Assembly (NCBI GenBank): GCA_034530875.2
Contig: JAVRCJ020000019.1
Coordinates: 1 to 64,000, forward strand
Source of the DNA: Nostoc sp. DedSLP01
GTDB taxonomy: Bacteria > Cyanobacteriota > Cyanobacteriia > Cyanobacteriales > Nostocaceae
DNA: 64,000 bases
Direction of reading: 5' to 3'
In this document: positions 1 to 10,100 of the stretch, piece after piece
Numbering within the stretch: position 1 is the first letter of the stretch
Layout of the letters: each line of letters opens with the position of its first letter
Notes under the pieces: generated by a model
Database searches by the model: none
What the model was told of the DNA's origin: nothing
The model's input: only the letters and a program-made list of their open reading frames with translations
Translations under genes and position numbers: made by a program

Positions 1-575
1 GACATCGCCGATTCTCAATCGCTCAAGACAACGGAAAAAAAGGAGCCAGTGCCTTGGGCGGGCAATGCCCGACTTGTTCGCTGAAAGCGTTCCCGCAGGG
101 TAGCAACTGGCGTGGGAGGTCTAGGGTTTCGATGGTGGTAAGAAAGTTAAAGGGCGTAAACGCCATATCGTCGTAGACTCTCAAGGATTGTGACTTGGAG
201 CTTTCGTGACCGAAGCTAATGCCTCGGAACGATTAGGAGCAGTGGTAGTACTGGATGAAGCAAAGGAGAAATTATCCCAATTAGAAGCGATGTGGGCAGA
301 CCAAGGCTATTCTGGTAAGAATTTTGTCAACGCTGTCAAGCAAGTCTGTGGCGAGCAGGTGCGAGTGGAAGTGATTGCACGAACCACCGACACTTTTGAG
401 CAATTGCCTAAGCGATGGATTGTAGAGCGCACTTTTGGATGGTTGAATCGATTTCGGCGGTTGAGTAAAGATTATGAGGTCTATTCCCAAGTCAGTGAAG
501 CTATGATTTATGGTTCTTTGCTTCGTCTCATGGTTAGGCGATTGCCTGCTTAATATTTACTTTACGAATCAGATC
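1..575 (+). mobile_element. IS5-family (IS1031-like) insertion sequence, 3' part; transposase pseudogene
   Basis: Translates to IADSQSLKTTEK / GFDGGKKVKGRKRHIVVDSQG / WADQGYSG / PKRWIVERTFGWLNRFRRLSKDYE (DDE transposase motifs). In-frame stops TAG (~122) and TGA (~191), and a 70-bp insertion at the A7-G frameshift site. The right end at ~556-575 is followed by TAA, a likely target duplication. Confidence 0.9.
44..113. repeat. Small dispersed repeat (AGCCAGT...ACTGGCGT hairpin element) with a nested ~24-bp insert
   Basis: Removing 44-113 restores ACGGAAAAAAAGGGGGAGGTC of the transposase. The termini are inverted (GCCAGT/ACTGGC), and the inner TCGCTGAAAGCGTTCCCGCAGGGT resembles Nostoc SDR-type repeats. 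Confidence 0.7.
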
Positions 576-806
576 TAAAGCAGCAGTCAACGCCTTTACT
601 ATCCATCTAGCCCATGAGTTACGCAACACTCCTGTGAAGATTAGATTAATAGCGCTCATCCAGGTTGGGTGAAAACTGAATTAGGCGATGAAGGTGCAAT
701 GATAGATGTCGCCGAAGGAGCGAAAACTGGCGTTGAGTTAGCAATACTCCCGAATGATGGGCCGAGTGGTGGCTTTTTTCATCTTGGTCAACCAGTTCCT
801 TGGTAA
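574..806 (+). pseudogene. C-terminal remnant of a short-chain dehydrogenase/reductase, interrupted by the IS
   Basis: SKAAVNAFTIHLAHELRNTPVKI, then an AGATT duplication causing a frameshift, then NSAHPGWVKTELG...GPSGGFFHLGQPVPW*. This is a typical carbonyl-reductase-like SDR C-terminus. Confidence 0.8.
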
Positions 807-899
807 AAACCCTGTCGAAGTGGCATCGGCTTGCTGATACGTAAGTCTACTTGAAGAGATAGGATCTACTAAAAGAATCATATTTTTAGGAGTAGACCT

Positions 900-1520
900 C
901 TGTCTTTACAATTCATTAACCTTCCCACAGCCAATTCTCAACCGCCTGCAGGTTTAATTGTCACTTTGCATGGTTGGGGTGCTAATGCTGAAGATGTAGC
1001 ATCTTTGTTACCTTTGCTCGATTTACCCGATTATCAGTTTGTATTACCCAATGCACCTTTTCCTTATCCCTATTCCCCTATAGGGAGGGCATGGTATGAC
1101 TTGAGGGTAGAAAATATGTATGAAGGTTTGCCAGAAAGTCGGCAACTGTTAATAGATTTGTTGCAATCTTTAGAAAGCACTACTGGCGTGCCTTTGTCAC
1201 GGACTATTTTGAGTGGATTTTCTCAAGGTGGAGCAATGACTTTAGATGTAGGCTCGAAATTGCCTCTAGCAGGTTTAGTTGTTATGAGTGGGTATTTACA
1301 TCCTGATGCAATTAAAGCAACTAAAGGTGAAATTTCGCCGACTTTGATTAGCCACGGGAGATACGATGAAGTTGTACCACTACAAGCAGCTCTGAAAGCA
1401 CGAGAAACCCTAGAGTCTTTAGAAGTGGCAGTAGAGTATCACGAATTTGAGACGGGGCATGAAATCGATGCACAAACGTTAAAGGTACTACGCAATTTTA
1501 TTGTGAATACAATTGCTTAG
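900..1520 (+). CDS. Alpha/beta hydrolase (phospholipase/carboxylesterase family)
   Basis: LHGWG, GFSQGG nucleophile elbow, HGRYDEVV and GHEI motifs. The frame is open upstream of 966 to a CTG at 900, which follows an AGGAG RBS. Confidence 0.88.
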   Translation: MSLQFINLPTANSQPPAGLIVTLHGWGANAEDVASLLPLLDLPDYQFVLPNAPFPYPYSPIGRAWYDLRVENMYEGLPESRQLLIDLLQSLESTTGVPLSRTILSGFSQGGAMTLDVGSKLPLAGLVVMSGYLHPDAIKATKGEISPTLISHGRYDEVVPLQAALKARETLESLEVAVEYHEFETGHEIDAQTLKVLRNFIVNTIA

Positions 1521-1675
1521 TTAAGATTACGAATTTTTTATAAATTCTGGTATAAATGCGGAAAAAATTCACGAAATCAATAGCCTCTAATGAGTAAGAT
1601 ATATTGGGAGGCTGCAAAATAACGCAACTTCACCCATGCTGAAGGCGGATGCTGCATAAGGGAGGGGCAAGCATT

Positions 1676-1888
1676 ATGACAACTCTAAGCATTTCCAGGA
1701 AAGAAATCGCTGCCATGACTGCGACAGAAGTAGAAGAACTAGCTACACGTCTGGAACTGGATAACTACAGTAATGCTTTTGAGGGTTTGAATGATTGGCA
1801 TCTACTGCGAGCGATCGCATTTCAGCGTCCAGAGTTAGTGGAACCCTACATTTATCTGTTAGACTTGGAACCCTACGATGAAGCTTAG
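1676..1888 (+). CDS. DUF2555 family small protein (IsiD-like)
   Basis: RLELDNYSNAFEGLNDWHLLRAIAFQRPELVEPY motif; conserved cyanobacterial position before coaBC; GGAGG RBS before ATG 1676. Confidence 0.8.
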   Translation: MTTLSISRKEIAAMTATEVEELATRLELDNYSNAFEGLNDWHLLRAIAFQRPELVEPYIYLLDLEPYDEA

Positions 1889-1889
1889 C

Positions 1890-2028
1890 AATTTTGGATT
1901 TTAGATTTTTAGATTGGATTGAGTGGCTAAAATCAGAGATGATTGCCGTTAAGGCTACCACTTGGTCAGTCCAAAACTTTTAATGTTATCACCACAAAAT
2001 CCAAAATCCAAAATCCAAAATCCAAAAT
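1890..2028. repeat. STRR heptamer runs (ATTTTGG / CCAAAAT) in inverted arrangement
   Basis: attttggattttagatttttaga at 1890-1912 and (caaaatc)n at 1995-2028. Confidence 0.75.
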
Positions 2029-3224
2029 TTAACAGGGTTTTAGTTGCTATAGGTGGCGGTATCGCCGCCTATAAAGTCTGCGAGCTGATTTCGACGCTGT
2101 TTAAAAGTGGGGTGGAAGTGCGAGTCATTCTCACCCGTTCCGCACAACAATTTATCACGCCTTTGACTGTAGCAACCCTATCTCGCCATCAAGCATACAC
2201 AGATGATGATTTTTGGCAACCAAGTTACTCGCGTCCTTTACATATCGAGTTGGGTGAATGGGCAGACGCGATGGTAATTGCTCCGTTGACAGCTAACACA
2301 TTAGCAAAGTTAGCCTACGGTATGGCTGATAATTTACTGACAAATACCGTGTTGGCTTCTACTTGTCCCGTGCTATTAGTACCAGCGATGAATACGGACA
2401 TGTGGGAACAACTATCAGTACAGCGAAATTGGCAACAGCTATCCATCGATAGCCGATATCATGGGATGAATACAGCATCAGGTTTATTAGCTTGCGATCG
2501 CGTCGGTGCTGGGAGAATGGCAGAACCTCCAGAAATTCTGACTTACATCCAATCGCTCCTGCACACCCAAGGAAAACGAGATTTAGTAGGGAAACGAGTT
2601 TTAATCAGTGCTGGGGGAACGCGAGAACATCTTGACCCAGTGAGGTTTATCGGCAATCCTTCCACGGGTAAAATGGGATTAGCCATAGCCCTAGCAGCAC
2701 TCCATCGAGGCGCAAGAGTAACTCTGGTACACACTCTAGCAAATTGGGAAGCACCATTGGGAGTCCAAGCAATTGCTGTGACGAGTGCCGACCAAATGCG
2801 CCACGCCATGCTGGAATATTTAGCCAGTGCTGATATCATCGTCATGTCAGCAGCCGTGGCAGATGTCAAACCCAGAGAATATAGTACAGAGAAATTGCCC
2901 AAGCGATCGCTTCCCGAAGCTTTACCCTTGGAACCCGTACCCGATATAGTCGCGCAATTAGCACAACTCAAACAGCCGCATCAGATATTAGTTGGTTTTG
3001 CCGCACAAACTGGAGATATTGTCACACCAGCATTAGAAAAATTACATCATAAGAAATTAGATGCGATCGTTGCTAATCCTATTGATAAACCAGATAGCGG
3101 TTTTGGCAGCGATAATAATCAAGCGATATTTTTAGATATACAAGGGCGGCAGCAGGCGATCGCACCTTGTTCTAAATTAGAAATGGCACATCAATTATTT
3201 GATTTTCTCACCAGCGAATTTTAG
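1983..3224 (+). CDS. coaBC: Bifunctional phosphopantothenoylcysteine decarboxylase/synthetase
   Basis: [20 protein letters not shown], Gx[26 protein letters not shown] and GFAAQT motifs. The start is uncertain (1962 TTG or 1983 ATG). Confidence 0.96.
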   Translation: MLSPQNPKSKIQNPKFNRVLVAIGGGIAAYKVCELISTLFKSGVEVRVILTRSAQQFITPLTVATLSRHQAYTDDDFWQPSYSRPLHIELGEWADAMVIAPLTANTLAKLAYGMADNLLTNTVLASTCPVLLVPAMNTDMWEQLSVQRNWQQLSIDSRYHGMNTASGLLACDRVGAGRMAEPPEILTYIQSLLHTQGKRDLVGKRVLISAGGTREHLDPVRFIGNPSTGKMGLAIALAALHRGARVTLVHTLANWEAPLGVQAIAVTSADQMRHAMLEYLASADIIVMSAAVADVKPREYSTEKLPKRSLPEALPLEPVPDIVAQLAQLKQPHQILVGFAAQTGDIVTPALEKLHHKKLDAIVANPIDKPDSGFGSDNNQAIFLDIQGRQQAIAPCSKLEMAHQLFDFLTSEF

Positions 3225-3593
3225 ATTTTAAATTTTCTCCTGGTTGTACCTCACTTACTTGCAATCTGCTGTAAGTCTTTCAGCGGGCAAGATATCAAGC
3301 CCAAGCAGCGTACTCATAGAAAATAAAGCTGCTGACATCGGCTAAGAAGGAGGAAAATTAGTATTTTTTACCATTTTTGTTGGTATCTTTGTAAAGATGC
3401 TTATGCATTATCAAGTAACAAATTATTTTGCATCTACAAAAAATAAATATCTATGTAGTTAAATGTATGAGATTAGTCGATGAATTTTCTGGGAAAATGT
3501 AGAAATTCCTCAAAAAAAAATATTATTGCTAGAACGATACATTGAATTGATACTTGGTAAAATCATACTCAGATAACCAAAATTGATAACATT

Positions 3594-4037
3594 ATGCCAA
3601 GAAAAGAACAAGGATGGGTCACATTTCAAACCTCTGAGGAGGAGCGAAAGATTCTGGAGGAATTTTGCGAACAGTCTCAACGCACTAAAACTGAGATTCT
3701 GAGAGAACTCGTGCGTAGTCTCAATCAGCACTCTTCAGCACCAATATCAATACCAACTAAAGACGAAGACTTAGAAGATGTCTATACTCAAAAACCTGAG
3801 TTAGAAACTAACATTCCCAAAAAATCATTAAAAGTTAGCTCTCGTAATATCCTCAAAGGTGTCGTTAAACGAGTTGTTTATGGGGCTGTTAATAGTGAAG
3901 TAACTATCGAAATTGTTCACAAAGTAGAATTAACGTCGATTATTACCAGAGCTTCTGCGGAAGAGTTAGAACTAGGTGTGGGAAAAGAAGCTTATGCAGT
4001 GATTAAGTCTAATGATATAGTCATTGCCAGAGAATAA
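3594..4037 (+). CDS. Ribbon-helix-helix + TOBE/Mop domain protein (molybdate-binding regulator-like)
   Basis: N-terminal RHH-like WVTFQTSEEERKILEEFCEQSQRTKTEILRELVRSL; C-terminal Mop domain SSRNILKGVV...GAVNSEV...SIIT...L.LGVGKEAYAVIKS. Confidence 0.85.
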   Translation: MPRKEQGWVTFQTSEEERKILEEFCEQSQRTKTEILRELVRSLNQHSSAPISIPTKDEDLEDVYTQKPELETNIPKKSLKVSSRNILKGVVKRVVYGAVNSEVTIEIVHKVELTSIITRASAEELELGVGKEAYAVIKSNDIVIARE

Positions 4038-4453
4038 AAAAATGTTGATTTCGGATGTTAGAGATTAGAAACAGAAATTTTGATTGCTAATATTTTCGAT
4101 TGGGAATAAGTATAAGATAAATTGAGTATTTATATTTGATGCGATCGCTAATCCAAAGGAAGGATAAACCCGCAAAAAAAATTGCTCAAGCATTAACCTG
4201 ATATGCTTATTTTTGCTTCCTGTAATACCAGATTTTCCGATAAAACTTGCAACTCGATTTGGCGATCGCTTGCTTAATACATCTGAAAAAATCTTTACAA
4301 TAGATAAATTATTTGTAGACGTCTCCCTTTATCCGCCTCTACACACTTTGGCTTGAAGTTGCCATAGATAACATGGTAAAAGGAAAAGGGTAATTTCAAA
4401 CCTTTCCCCTTTTCCCCTTACCTTTTTCCCACCCCACATTAGAGATTGCACCT

Positions 4454-5701
4454 CTACGCTTGCACTACAAAATCGTTAGCGCTAAGAGTGGGCGCACCAC
4501 TAACAATTGCAAACAAACCACCGCTACCAAAACCAGCCGCACTACCATTTTGGTTGTACAACAATTGCCCGCTAGCAGCATCATAAATAATTTTCGCCGT
4601 GCTGGTTGCCCCATTAGAAGTAACTTTAAAATCATTGGCATTACTAAAACCAACTCCTGCAACTGAAGTAATTGCATTAAAGGTAGTTTTATCCAAAACA
4701 ATTTTGTCGTTTTGAAAATGTTTGAAATCAGAGATCGTGTCTATACCAACGCTAGAACTATTAAAGGTAGATGAAGTGTTATAAACGAACCAGTCAGCAC
4801 CGGCATTACCTGTCAGAATATCATTGCCAGCACCACCAATGAGGATATCATTATCGGCATCGCCGCGCAGTATGTCGTTGCCACTCTTGCCGTTGATTGT
4901 ATCATTGCCTGCTTGAGCGTTAATTACATCATCAGAATTGTCTAAACCAATGATGTTGTTGGAGAGAGCATTAAAGAATGTGACGGTGTTTTTAGCGAAC
5001 AGATTACTTTGAATAGAGTTGGCATCCAAAACATCAAAACTATCAGTGATACTAGTTTGGCCGTTAAACAAAATATTACCAATAGCTTTTCGTGAAGAAG
5101 TTACTGCTAAGTTATCTAAATCTTCTAATTTAAAGTTTTGCAGAGTAACTTTAGTAGCAGCCACATTTTCAAAACTAATTTCTAAGCTATTACCATTTTG
5201 AGTTAATTGCAGATTTCTGGCACTTAAGCCACTACCTATAAACTGCAAAGTGTCAACATTAGCAATTACCGCCGCCGATAGATTTGAGTTTTTACCAACG
5301 CCACCAAAATCGCCGATGGTGTCATTCCCATCACCAGCGCGAATAATAAATTTATCTTGACCGCTGTTGCCTCTCAAAATATCGTTACCTGCTTTACCAT
5401 CGATGATGTTGTTGCTAGGTGTGCCAATCAGAATATCTGCACTAGGAGTTACCATAGGATTCAGGACGCCGACTTCGCCTATATTCTTCCTGCCAAATAT
5501 TACATAGCTTTGCCCAGCTCTAACTTTGCCATTGGCGCTAACAAAAGGCGTCCCAACAATCAGGTCGTCAATACCATCGTTATTGATGTCCCCTGCATTA
5601 CTGAGTGAGTAGCCACCTGAGCCATCATATTCAGCAATGCCGTTAATCGTAAAGCCATTAGTGCCATTGATTTCAGTTAGATTCAATATTGAACTAGGCA
5701 T
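4454..5701 (-). CDS. RTX-type Ca2+-binding secreted protein with an N-terminal FG-GAP repeat
   Basis: AGDINNDGIDDLIVGTP (FG-GAP), GGAGND nonapeptides, the same conserved middle domain as the 12.8-28.3 kb array, and a C-terminal IIYD..SGQLLYNQNG...LSANDF T1SS-substrate-like tail. Confidence 0.85.
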   Translation of the reverse strand: MPSSILNLTEINGTNGFTINGIAEYDGSGGYSLSNAGDINNDGIDDLIVGTPFVSANGKVRAGQSYVIFGRKNIGEVGVLNPMVTPSADILIGTPSNNIIDGKAGNDILRGNSGQDKFIIRAGDGNDTIGDFGGVGKNSNLSAAVIANVDTLQFIGSGLSARNLQLTQNGNSLEISFENVAATKVTLQNFKLEDLDNLAVTSSRKAIGNILFNGQTSITDSFDVLDANSIQSNLFAKNTVTFFNALSNNIIGLDNSDDVINAQAGNDTINGKSGNDILRGDADNDILIGGAGNDILTGNAGADWFVYNTSSTFNSSSVGIDTISDFKHFQNDKIVLDKTTFNAITSVAGVGFSNANDFKVTSNGATSTAKIIYDAASGQLLYNQNGSAAGFGSGGLFAIVSGAPTLSANDFVVQA

Positions 5702-6822
5702 GATTTTCTCCTATATTTGTTTTTTATGAAGCAAGAAGTAGCTCATATCGAGCATCGGGTAATTCTTAATCTCAGGTAGACGAGAAAATACCTGCAAAAC
5801 CTTGTCTTGTAAGCTTGATTTGTGTAGCGGGAACATTTGCACGCTTTAGGGTAACTAGGTCGGCAGTTGGTTTCTAATCAGAGCAGATAAATCGTGTTTT
5901 GAGATGAAAAGTATTGGTTCTTGTCTTGGTAATTCCCAAAAATCTGGTTTTTGGCTATCGTCCAAGCATATTAGTAGTAATCAAAATCAAACAATAAATG
6001 CCGCTACTTAGTCTGTAACTCAGGATGTTTAGTTTTTAATGCGATCGCTAATCTTGATGGTTTAACAATTTTAAATTTGATTACCCTTCATTATTAATGA
6101 GATAGACCACTAACTAGTCAATCTATTTAGGCTATGAAAACTTAAAATTGCGATCGGTTACGTGGAAACACTTATTATATAGTAAGTTTCTTTTTCAAGA
6201 GATTGTCAATATGTTTGTTATTCTTATATATAATTAACTTAAAGTTAAAGTTATTCTCATAAAATTGCCCAGTATAATTTGTGCGATTGCCTCTAGAAAT
6301 ACAACTATAATTTCTATTTCAAAAAGCTAATTATTCGTGGGAATTAATATAAAATTAAGAGATATTCCAATTTTCCTATCTTCTTCAGTTTATCTATTTT
6401 TAAAGAATATTAATTATTTGAGTATGGCAAGACTTTTGCGGAAAATAGAGGGAGTCCAAATTTTCCTGCAATAGTTTAAAATAAATACATATTTGATTAT
6501 TAGATCCAAAGATTAAAACTCTCTCTAGGTAAGAAGATAGTATAAATTCCTGCTCCAAAAAATAGATATATTTTTATTAGCTCAGTTTTTTGCGTAATGG
6601 CAAAAAGAAGCATATCTTATCTAGATTTACTCCATAGGAATCTTCGTAAATTAACGAAATTTTTGGTACGGTAAACCGTATTTGCTCGTTAGTTCCCAAA
6701 GATTAATTTAATTGTTAAGTTTAGTTACATAAATGAAAAATAGCAGTCACTAGCCAGTTAGCGCTAATTTTTGATAGGCAGAGGAGCAGAGGAGGCACAG
6801 AGGCAGAGGAGGTAGGGAAAAA

Positions 6823-6853
6823 CTAATGACTAATGACTAATGACCAATGACTA
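6823..6853. repeat. STRR (TAATGAC)n
   Basis: ctaatgactaatgactaatgaccaatgacta directly upstream of ftsH. Confidence 0.75.
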
Positions 6854-6868
6854 AGGATTAATAAATTT

Positions 6869-8731
6869 ATGACTATTAAAGAACAACGTAAACCATCCCG
6901 TTCTCGGTTAATTGCTAATATATTGCTAGCTGTATCGGGGTTATTCCTGCTTGTAAATCTATTTTTGCCTGGTTTATTTGCTTCCGGGCCTAGTGGCGTT
7001 CCTTACAGCTTATTTATTCATCAAGTTCAAGAAGGCGAAGTTAGACGCGCTTCTGTTGGTCAAAACCAGATTCTCTACGAATTAAAATCAGAAAATGGCG
7101 AACCAGGGCAGGTGTTTGCAACTACGCCAATCTTTGATTTGGAATTGCCCAAACTCTTAGAACAAAAAGGAGTTGAGTTTGCGGCTGCACCCCCACCCAA
7201 GAATACTTGGTTTACGACCCTCTTGAGTTGGGTCATCCCACCGCTGATTTTTATTGGCGTCTGGCAATTCTTTATTTCTCGCGGTGCTGGCGGTTCTCAA
7301 GGTGTCCTCTCTATCGGTAAGAGTAAAGCCAAGGTTTACGTTGAAGGTGAATCAGCTAAAATTACCTTCCAAGATGTGGCTGGGGTAGAAGAAGCGAAAA
7401 CTGAGTTAGTGGAAATTGTCGATTTTCTGAAAACTCCGGCACGTTTTACGCAAATTGGGGCGAGAATTCCCAAGGGCGTGCTGTTGGTTGGTCCTCCGGG
7501 TACTGGGAAGACTCTTTTAGCAAAAGCTGTCGCTGGGGAAGCAGGAGTTCCATTTTTCAGTATCTCTGGTTCTGAGTTTGTGGAACTGTTTGTTGGTGTG
7601 GGTTCTTCTCGGGTGCGAGATTTATTTGAACAAGCGAAGAAACAAGCTCCGTGTATTGTATTTATTGATGAATTAGACGCCATTGGTAAATCTCGTGCCA
7701 GTAACGGCTTCTACGGCGGTAATGACGAACGGGAACAAACCCTCAACCAGTTACTCACTGAGATGGATGGGTTTGCGGCTGGGGATGCGACGGTAATTGT
7801 TCTGGCAGCTACTAACCGTCCCGAAAGTCTCGACCCTGCATTATTGCGTCCTGGTCGCTTTGACCGTCAAGTTTTGGTAGACCGTCCTGACTTATCTGGT
7901 CGGGAAGCAATTCTCAAGATTCACGCTCAAAAGGTGAAATTAGGAGATGATGTAAATCTTAAAGCGATCGCTACTCGGACTCCTGGTTTTGCTGGTGCAG
8001 ATTTAGCAAACTTGGTGAATGAAGCTGCACTATTAGCAGCGCGCAATCAACGGCAAACGGTTGCTCAAGAAGACTTTGCGGAAGCAATTGAGCGCGTTGT
8101 CGCCGGTTTGGAAAAGAAAAGTCGCGTGTTGAGCGATACTGAGAAAAAGATTGTTGCTTACCATGAAGTCGGTCACGCAATGGTCGGGGCGCTAACAACA
8201 GGAAACGGTCGTGTAGAAAAGATTTCGATTATTCCTCGCGGCATGGCTGCTTTAGGCTACACTTTGCAATTACCTACTGAAGACCGCTTTTTGATGAATG
8301 AAGCAGAACTGCGCGGTCAAATTGCAACTCTTTTAGGAGGGCGTTCGGCTGAAGAGATAGTGTTTGGCAGCATTACCACAGGTGCATCTAACGATTTGCA
8401 ACGAGCAACCGACTTGGCAGAACGAATGGTGACTACTTATGGTATGAGTAAAGTCTTAGGGCCTCTGGCTTACCAACAAGGACAACAAGCAGCGTTCTTG
8501 GGTAACGGTACGCCTAATCCGCGGCGGATAGTGAGTGAAGATACAGCCAAAGCTATTGATAGCGAGGTTAAGGAAATCGTCGAAACTGCCCACGAACAAG
8601 CACTACAGATTCTAAAACAGAATCGAGACTTGCTTGAAGAAATTGCAACTCAACTTTTGGAAACAGAGGTTATTGAGGGAGAGAAATTGCAAAGTCTGTT
8701 GAGTCAAGTTAAAGCTGTAAGCGCTTTTTAA
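6869..8731 (+). CDS. ftsH: ATP-dependent zinc metalloprotease FtsH (paralog)
   Basis: Two TM segments, Walker A GPPGTGKT, Walker B VFIDELD, SRH, HEVGH zinc motif, GASNDL. Confidence 0.97.
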   Translation: MTIKEQRKPSRSRLIANILLAVSGLFLLVNLFLPGLFASGPSGVPYSLFIHQVQEGEVRRASVGQNQILYELKSENGEPGQVFATTPIFDLELPKLLEQKGVEFAAAPPPKNTWFTTLLSWVIPPLIFIGVWQFFISRGAGGSQGVLSIGKSKAKVYVEGESAKITFQDVAGVEEAKTELVEIVDFLKTPARFTQIGARIPKGVLLVGPPGTGKTLLAKAVAGEAGVPFFSISGSEFVELFVGVGSSRVRDLFEQAKKQAPCIVFIDELDAIGKSRASNGFYGGNDEREQTLNQLLTEMDGFAAGDATVIVLAATNRPESLDPALLRPGRFDRQVLVDRPDLSGREAILKIHAQKVKLGDDVNLKAIATRTPGFAGADLANLVNEAALLAARNQRQTVAQEDFAEAIERVVAGLEKKSRVLSDTEKKIVAYHEVGHAMVGALTTGNGRVEKISIIPRGMAALGYTLQLPTEDRFLMNEAELRGQIATLLGGRSAEEIVFGSITTGASNDLQRATDLAERMVTTYGMSKVLGPLAYQQGQQAAFLGNGTPNPRRIVSEDTAKAIDSEVKEIVETAHEQALQILKQNRDLLEEIATQLLETEVIEGEKLQSLLSQVKAVSAF

Positions 8732-8790
8732 ACGCAGAGTCACGCTAAGGAAATCGCAGAGGTACGCAGAGAATATTGCGTACTTTTGCG

Positions 8791-9990
8791 TTAAATCTCT
8801 GCGTTAGTTGGGGTTTGAGAAATGCCGCTGATGCCAATACAAATACCGGCGAGGAAAAATGCGAATGCCCCCGCAGCTGCGCCTACAAAAGGTGCTATGG
8901 TTTGCGGGTCGGGAAATATGAAGCCAAATAGACTCATGGCGGCAGCAAATCCACCAAAATACATACCAATTCCTAATCCCGCCCATCTTTGGGGTACTAG
9001 TCCTAAGGCAAAGGGAATTGCGCCATTGACAATTAAGCTAAAGCCAGCAACGATGAGCGCGATTATGGGAATTTGTACGCCGATAAATACCATCATTAAT
9101 AATGAGGGAATGGTTGCACAGATACCGTAAAGCATTGCTTGACGATTGCCAGTTTTGGTGGCTAACATTCCAGCTGGGATGTTCGCAATAGCGATCGCTA
9201 TTCCAATCCCCACCATTTGTACGTCAATATTATCAGCATTCAGTTGGGCTTTAAGGACTTTGCCCAAGACATCCATCAAAAATCGAATACCCCACGCTAC
9301 AGTAAAACCAGTTCCTAAAATTAAAGCCAATTTTTGTAAAGGAAACTTGACTATCTGTGCATGGTGGCGATCGACTGGTGTTTGTGGGAAGTTAATTAAC
9401 CGCAACGCAGCTACCGCAGCCAGTAGGACAAAAGAACCGATAGCAAAGGTGAAAACTGGCCCTAAACTGAGAATATACTTATTGGCGATCGGTCTAAAAG
9501 CGCCAATAAATCCTCCTACAAAAGTGACAACGCTGACAGCCAATGGTAACTCGGCTGGTGTGGAATACATTCCCAACAGACACATCACCGGAGAACGAAA
9601 TACTGTCATTGCTAATGCCCAGGCTACCAGAGTTATTGGTAAGAGCGATCGCCAAATGCTATCAGGCGCGATCGAACTCACAACACAAGGTATGGCGATA
9701 AACAAAGCCGATGCCAGAATTATACCTACTGAAATGAAGGGAAATCGAGTTCCTACCCAACGCCTAGCTCCATCTGAAAGTCCCCCCATCAGTGGTTCCA
9801 ATATTGCACCCAAGCCATTTTCCACTACCAATAAACCAACAGCGAATGAGGCAGGAAAACCAAACTGAGTCAAAAGTTGGGGCAAGTATATATTATAAAT
9901 TAACCAAGTCAGGGTAATTGCTCCTTGCACCGCTGCTAATACCCAAACTTGTAACCATAAGATATTAAAAGAAGATTTTGAGGTAGTCAT
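8791..9990 (-). CDS. MFS transporter
   Basis: About 12 hydrophobic segments and the MFS motif GGLSDGARRWVGTRFPF. The ORF extension above 9990 is STRR-derived, so ATG 9990 is preferred. Confidence 0.88.
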   Translation of the reverse strand: MTTSKSSFNILWLQVWVLAAVQGAITLTWLIYNIYLPQLLTQFGFPASFAVGLLVVENGLGAILEPLMGGLSDGARRWVGTRFPFISVGIILASALFIAIPCVVSSIAPDSIWRSLLPITLVAWALAMTVFRSPVMCLLGMYSTPAELPLAVSVVTFVGGFIGAFRPIANKYILSLGPVFTFAIGSFVLLAAVAALRLINFPQTPVDRHHAQIVKFPLQKLALILGTGFTVAWGIRFLMDVLGKVLKAQLNADNIDVQMVGIGIAIAIANIPAGMLATKTGNRQAMLYGICATIPSLLMMVFIGVQIPIIALIVAGFSLIVNGAIPFALGLVPQRWAGLGIGMYFGGFAAAMSLFGFIFPDPQTIAPFVGAAAGAFAFFLAGICIGISGISQTPTNAEI

Positions 9991-9995
9991 AAGCA

Positions 9996-10098
9996 GAGGG
10001 GAGTAGGGAGTGGGGAGTAGGGAAGTGGGAAGATGGGGTGGTGGAGTGATAGGGTGAAATTCTCTCCCCATCTCCCCATCCCCTTATCTCCCCATCTC
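9996..10098. repeat. STRR purine/pyrimidine runs (GGGGAGT / CCCCATCT)
   Basis: Low-complexity heptamer-like runs in inverted arrangement between moeB and the MFS gene. Confidence 0.7.
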
Positions 10099-10100
10099 CT

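Noticed and set aside
9146..9868. 240-aa plus-strand ORF
   Set aside because: Antisense shadow of the MFS gene with no recognisable motifs.
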